Below are positions 37,653-40,039 of a DNA stretch of 40,039 bases, piece by piece. Each line of letters begins with the position of its first letter. Positions within the stretch are counted from its first letter, which is position 1. The stretch is from a virus. Taxonomy: Duplodnaviria; Caudoviricetes. A program made the position numbers and the translations under genes. Under the pieces are notes generated by a model. That model was not told where the DNA came from. It ran no database searches and was given only the letters and a program-made list of their open reading frames with translations. The stretch spans positions 1 to 40,039 of the IMG/VR virus record IMGVR_UViG_3300049828_000506. One strand, given 5' to 3'.

Positions 37653-39098
37653 TTAAAGGCCAGTGACGTTAACAATACCGTAAAACTCGCTCCTAACTAA
37701 TTTTTTAGCGTACCTTGTCCGCATACCTTTGACGAACGTAAAGTCTTCAGGATTCAAGAAGGTCGCGCTCGACTGAAGAGGAATGTAAGGTGCCCATACA
37801 TAACCAGCATCAATGAACGTACTTCCTTTGTACCCACCAAGAATTTGACCGCTACCGTTTCCACTTCCAACATTGCTCGATACAGGGAAGAATGGATCTT
37901 TGTAGCAGATATATTTGCTAGAAAGTGTACCAATCTTCTGAACACCAAATGTATGCGGTTGTTCAGCAGGTGCGCGAGTATCGCTAGATGCAGCAGCATA
38001 GATAGGACGGAAATCTCCGTGTGTTTCAAGCTGCTCAATGATTGAAGATACTTCAGGCGATGTAACAAGGAAGTTCGCAGGACCACGCAAAGAAGCCTTG
38101 TGAATCTTGTTACTCATCTTAGTGATCTCAGTCAAAATGTTTCGATAGTGATCGATCTGAGTATGGTAAGCAGGGACAGGCGAAGCAGCGAAAGAACCGC
38201 TATATCCTGTTGCGCCAACGCGAAGATCTTCGATGATCTCACGATCCAATTCCAAAGCGATTTCAGCAGCGATACCAGCTACGATTTCTGCTTCAGCATC
38301 GATACCGTGGAAAGCTTTTAGATCATCAGCCGCTTCAGAACACCACTTAGCTTTTAGCTTGCGAGTAGTAGCTCGGATTTCCAAAAGCTGAATGTCCATG
38401 TTGATCTGAGCGATGTTGCTGTTGCACTCACTGTTATATTCATAAGTAGCAGTTACGTTAGTTCCTGCGCTTACTGAAGTAGTGAAATCAACACTGATTG
38501 CACCAGTATCGTAATCAACAGTTCCAGAAACACCAGTTCCACTGATAGTACCAGAGCCGTTATCAGAACCAGATACTAAAGAACCATCGGTTCCTTTATA
38601 TCCCATAACGATAACAGTGCTAGTCCGAATAGGAGTAAAATCAAGAGTAGATGAAAAGCTTGTTCCAGCGCCTACGCCTAAAACTTCAGCATCGATTTTT
38701 TCGCTAGAATAGTAGCGATTAAAATCTTTGATCAAAGTTTGGCCAGCAGTAACACTGCCTTTAGTCGTGCCATATTTAAGATCGTAATAAAAGATACCAC
38801 CGATGGGAGCAGTCATCGGCTGAATTGACACGATCTCATTTGCAATCAACGAAGGCCAAACTCGACGAAGTACTGGAAACACATATTTCAAGAACGAACC
38901 AACATTGGTTGTTCGAGTTTCTTCTGTGAGTCCTTGCAAATACTGACTTTGGTTTTCATACAAAACAGCCATCACATTCCGAGTGTGCTCTACATTCACA
39001 CCTTCAAGCAATGGCGACCATTTACGTACAAGCGTTTGTACGTAAGATTGATCTTGGATAGTACGACTCTTGTTTTCCATAAATTTTCTAGCGTGCAT
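37653..39098 (-). CDS. Major capsid protein (T4 gp23-like)
   Basis: KWSPLLEG, ENQ, RRVWPSLIANEIVSIQPMTAP.G.IFY, TRKLKAKW, EIALELDREII, GYKG...DAGYVWAPYIPL, GMRTRYA; AGGAGG RBS. Confidence 0.97.
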   Translation of the reverse strand: MHARKFMENKSRTIQDQSYVQTLVRKWSPLLEGVNVEHTRNVMAVLYENQSQYLQGLTEETRTTNVGSFLKYVFPVLRRVWPSLIANEIVSIQPMTAPIGGIFYYDLKYGTTKGSVTAGQTLIKDFNRYYSSEKIDAEVLGVGAGTSFSSTLDFTPIRTSTVIVMGYKGTDGSLVSGSDNGSGTISGTGVSGTVDYDTGAISVDFTTSVSAGTNVTATYEYNSECNSNIAQINMDIQLLEIRATTRKLKAKWCSEAADDLKAFHGIDAEAEIVAGIAAEIALELDREIIEDLRVGATGYSGSFAASPVPAYHTQIDHYRNILTEITKMSNKIHKASLRGPANFLVTSPEVSSIIEQLETHGDFRPIYAAASSDTRAPAEQPHTFGVQKIGTLSSKYICYKDPFFPVSSNVGSGNGSGQILGGYKGSTFIDAGYVWAPYIPLQSSATFLNPEDFTFVKGMRTRYAKKLVRSEFYGIVNVTGL

Positions 39099-39120
39099 CG
39101 GATACCTCCTGTGATGCTTG

Positions 39121-40039
39121 TTATTTAATACCAGCTAATCGTCTAATATCAGCAATGTTAAAGTCTTCACCGTAAATCGACATCTTGTCAGAATCAATTT
39201 CTGTATTTTCTCTAACATTGCTTTCAACTAAATCACTTTGAACTTTCTTACCAACTCTCTTGCGGATAGCGTGAAAATCACTGGCTTCATTTATTTTGCG
39301 GCCACGATATTCAGCTAGCAAAGCATCAACAGTGTCTTTGTTCTTTTCTTGAAGTTCTGCAAATCTTTTTCTGATTTCAGGAGCATGAGGGTTTGATGAA
39401 ATGCGTTTTTCAAGATAAACAGCCGAAGCAGTTTGCATCCCAATGTCAATTGCTTCTTCTAGTTGGTTTTTGGCTAAGCTTAGTTTATCTTCAAGCATAG
39501 AAACTTTTTTATTGAGATTTCCAATGCTCTCATTCAAAGATTTTACTTTTGATTCTTCTGATTCAATAATCTTTGAAACTTCACTGATATGAACTTTAAC
39601 TTTGTTTTGCAGTTCTTCAAGTGATTCAATTTTTGATAGATCACCTAAAGATTCTTTGATTTGTTTTAATTTAGGATGTCTCCCTAAATGTTGCTGTAAA
39701 TAAAGACTATATCCTAGCTCTTTAGTTACTTCTGCAAAATTAGAAACAACTCTATTTGCTTCAGCTAATTCTAGCTTAAGCTTTTCAACTTGTTTCTTTT
39801 CTTCAGATAGAGATTCTTTTACGCCATTCAAAATGTTTTCTTTTTCATTAAGAATTTTAGCAATAGATTCTTGTATCTGAGACTTTATTACTGCCTCTAG
39901 TTCAAGTTTCATATTATCGCTCACATCTTCTTTGATTGTTTCTTTGGAAACATTTAAAACTTCCGCTGCTACCTGCACCGCAAAGTCTTTAATGTCATAG
40001 CCTTTACCTATGATCTTATATCCTTCATCAATAGCATTG
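39121..40039 (-). CDS. Prohead scaffold/core-like coiled-coil protein (5' end outside the window)
   Basis: Frame stays open to the window edge; coiled-coil with many I/L/V-x-E sites (IKE, IQE, IIE, LNE, INE, LVE); ends RRLAGIK; directly upstream of the capsid gene. Confidence 0.75.
   Translation of the reverse strand, partial: NAIDEGYKIIGKGYDIKDFAVQVAAEVLNVSKETIKEDVSDNMKLELEAVIKSQIQESIAKILNEKENILNGVKESLSEEKKQVEKLKLELAEANRVVSNFAEVTKELGYSLYLQQHLGRHPKLKQIKESLGDLSKIESLEELQNKVKVHISEVSKIIESEESKVKSLNESIGNLNKKVSMLEDKLSLAKNQLEEAIDIGMQTASAVYLEKRISSNPHAPEIRKRFAELQEKNKDTVDALLAEYRGRKINEASDFHAIRKRVGKKVQSDLVESNVRENTEIDSDKMSIYGEDFNIADIRRLAGIK

Noticed and set aside
1165-39128. Many short plus-strand and nested ORFs in the track (e.g. 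5268-5627, 37029-37409, 27307-27618)
   Set aside because: They overlap well-supported minus-strand genes and have no recognisable motifs.
1-40039. Stop-codon reassignment as in some large phages
   Set aside because: Genes tile densely under the standard code, and TAA, TAG and TGA all end recognisable full-length proteins.

Overview
Late (virion morphogenesis) region of a large, AT-rich, T4-related myophage. Almost all genes are on the minus strand and read with the standard code. In transcription order (right to left): scaffold-like gene (partial), gp23-like major capsid, CHAP amidase, Tad2-like sponge, gp13-like neck, about 7 kb of fibre/decoration-like genes, a TnpA-less tnpB insertion element, gp14-like head closure, and a host-like envelope cassette (HExxH lipoprotein, YceI, CxxCH beta-barrel, thermonuclease, glycosyltransferase). 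Then come an HK97-gp10-like gene, tail terminator, sheath, tube 1, an accessory gene array, tube 2, more accessory genes, a tail assembly chaperone with a -1 frameshift extension, rmlA, tape measure, a LysM/tail-X-like gene and the baseplate hub (partial). The most interesting signal is a shared ~17-aa motif (Phi-N-x-S-Phi-x-x-Phi-x-x-G-Phi-x-x-L-F-E) on unrelated proteins around the two tube genes: a J-domain protein, a zincin, a ParB-like/GGCT fusion and small unknowns. I infer it is a portable, protease-cleaved virion-loading tag for injected effectors. All assignments come from motif recognition by eye; no database searches were run.
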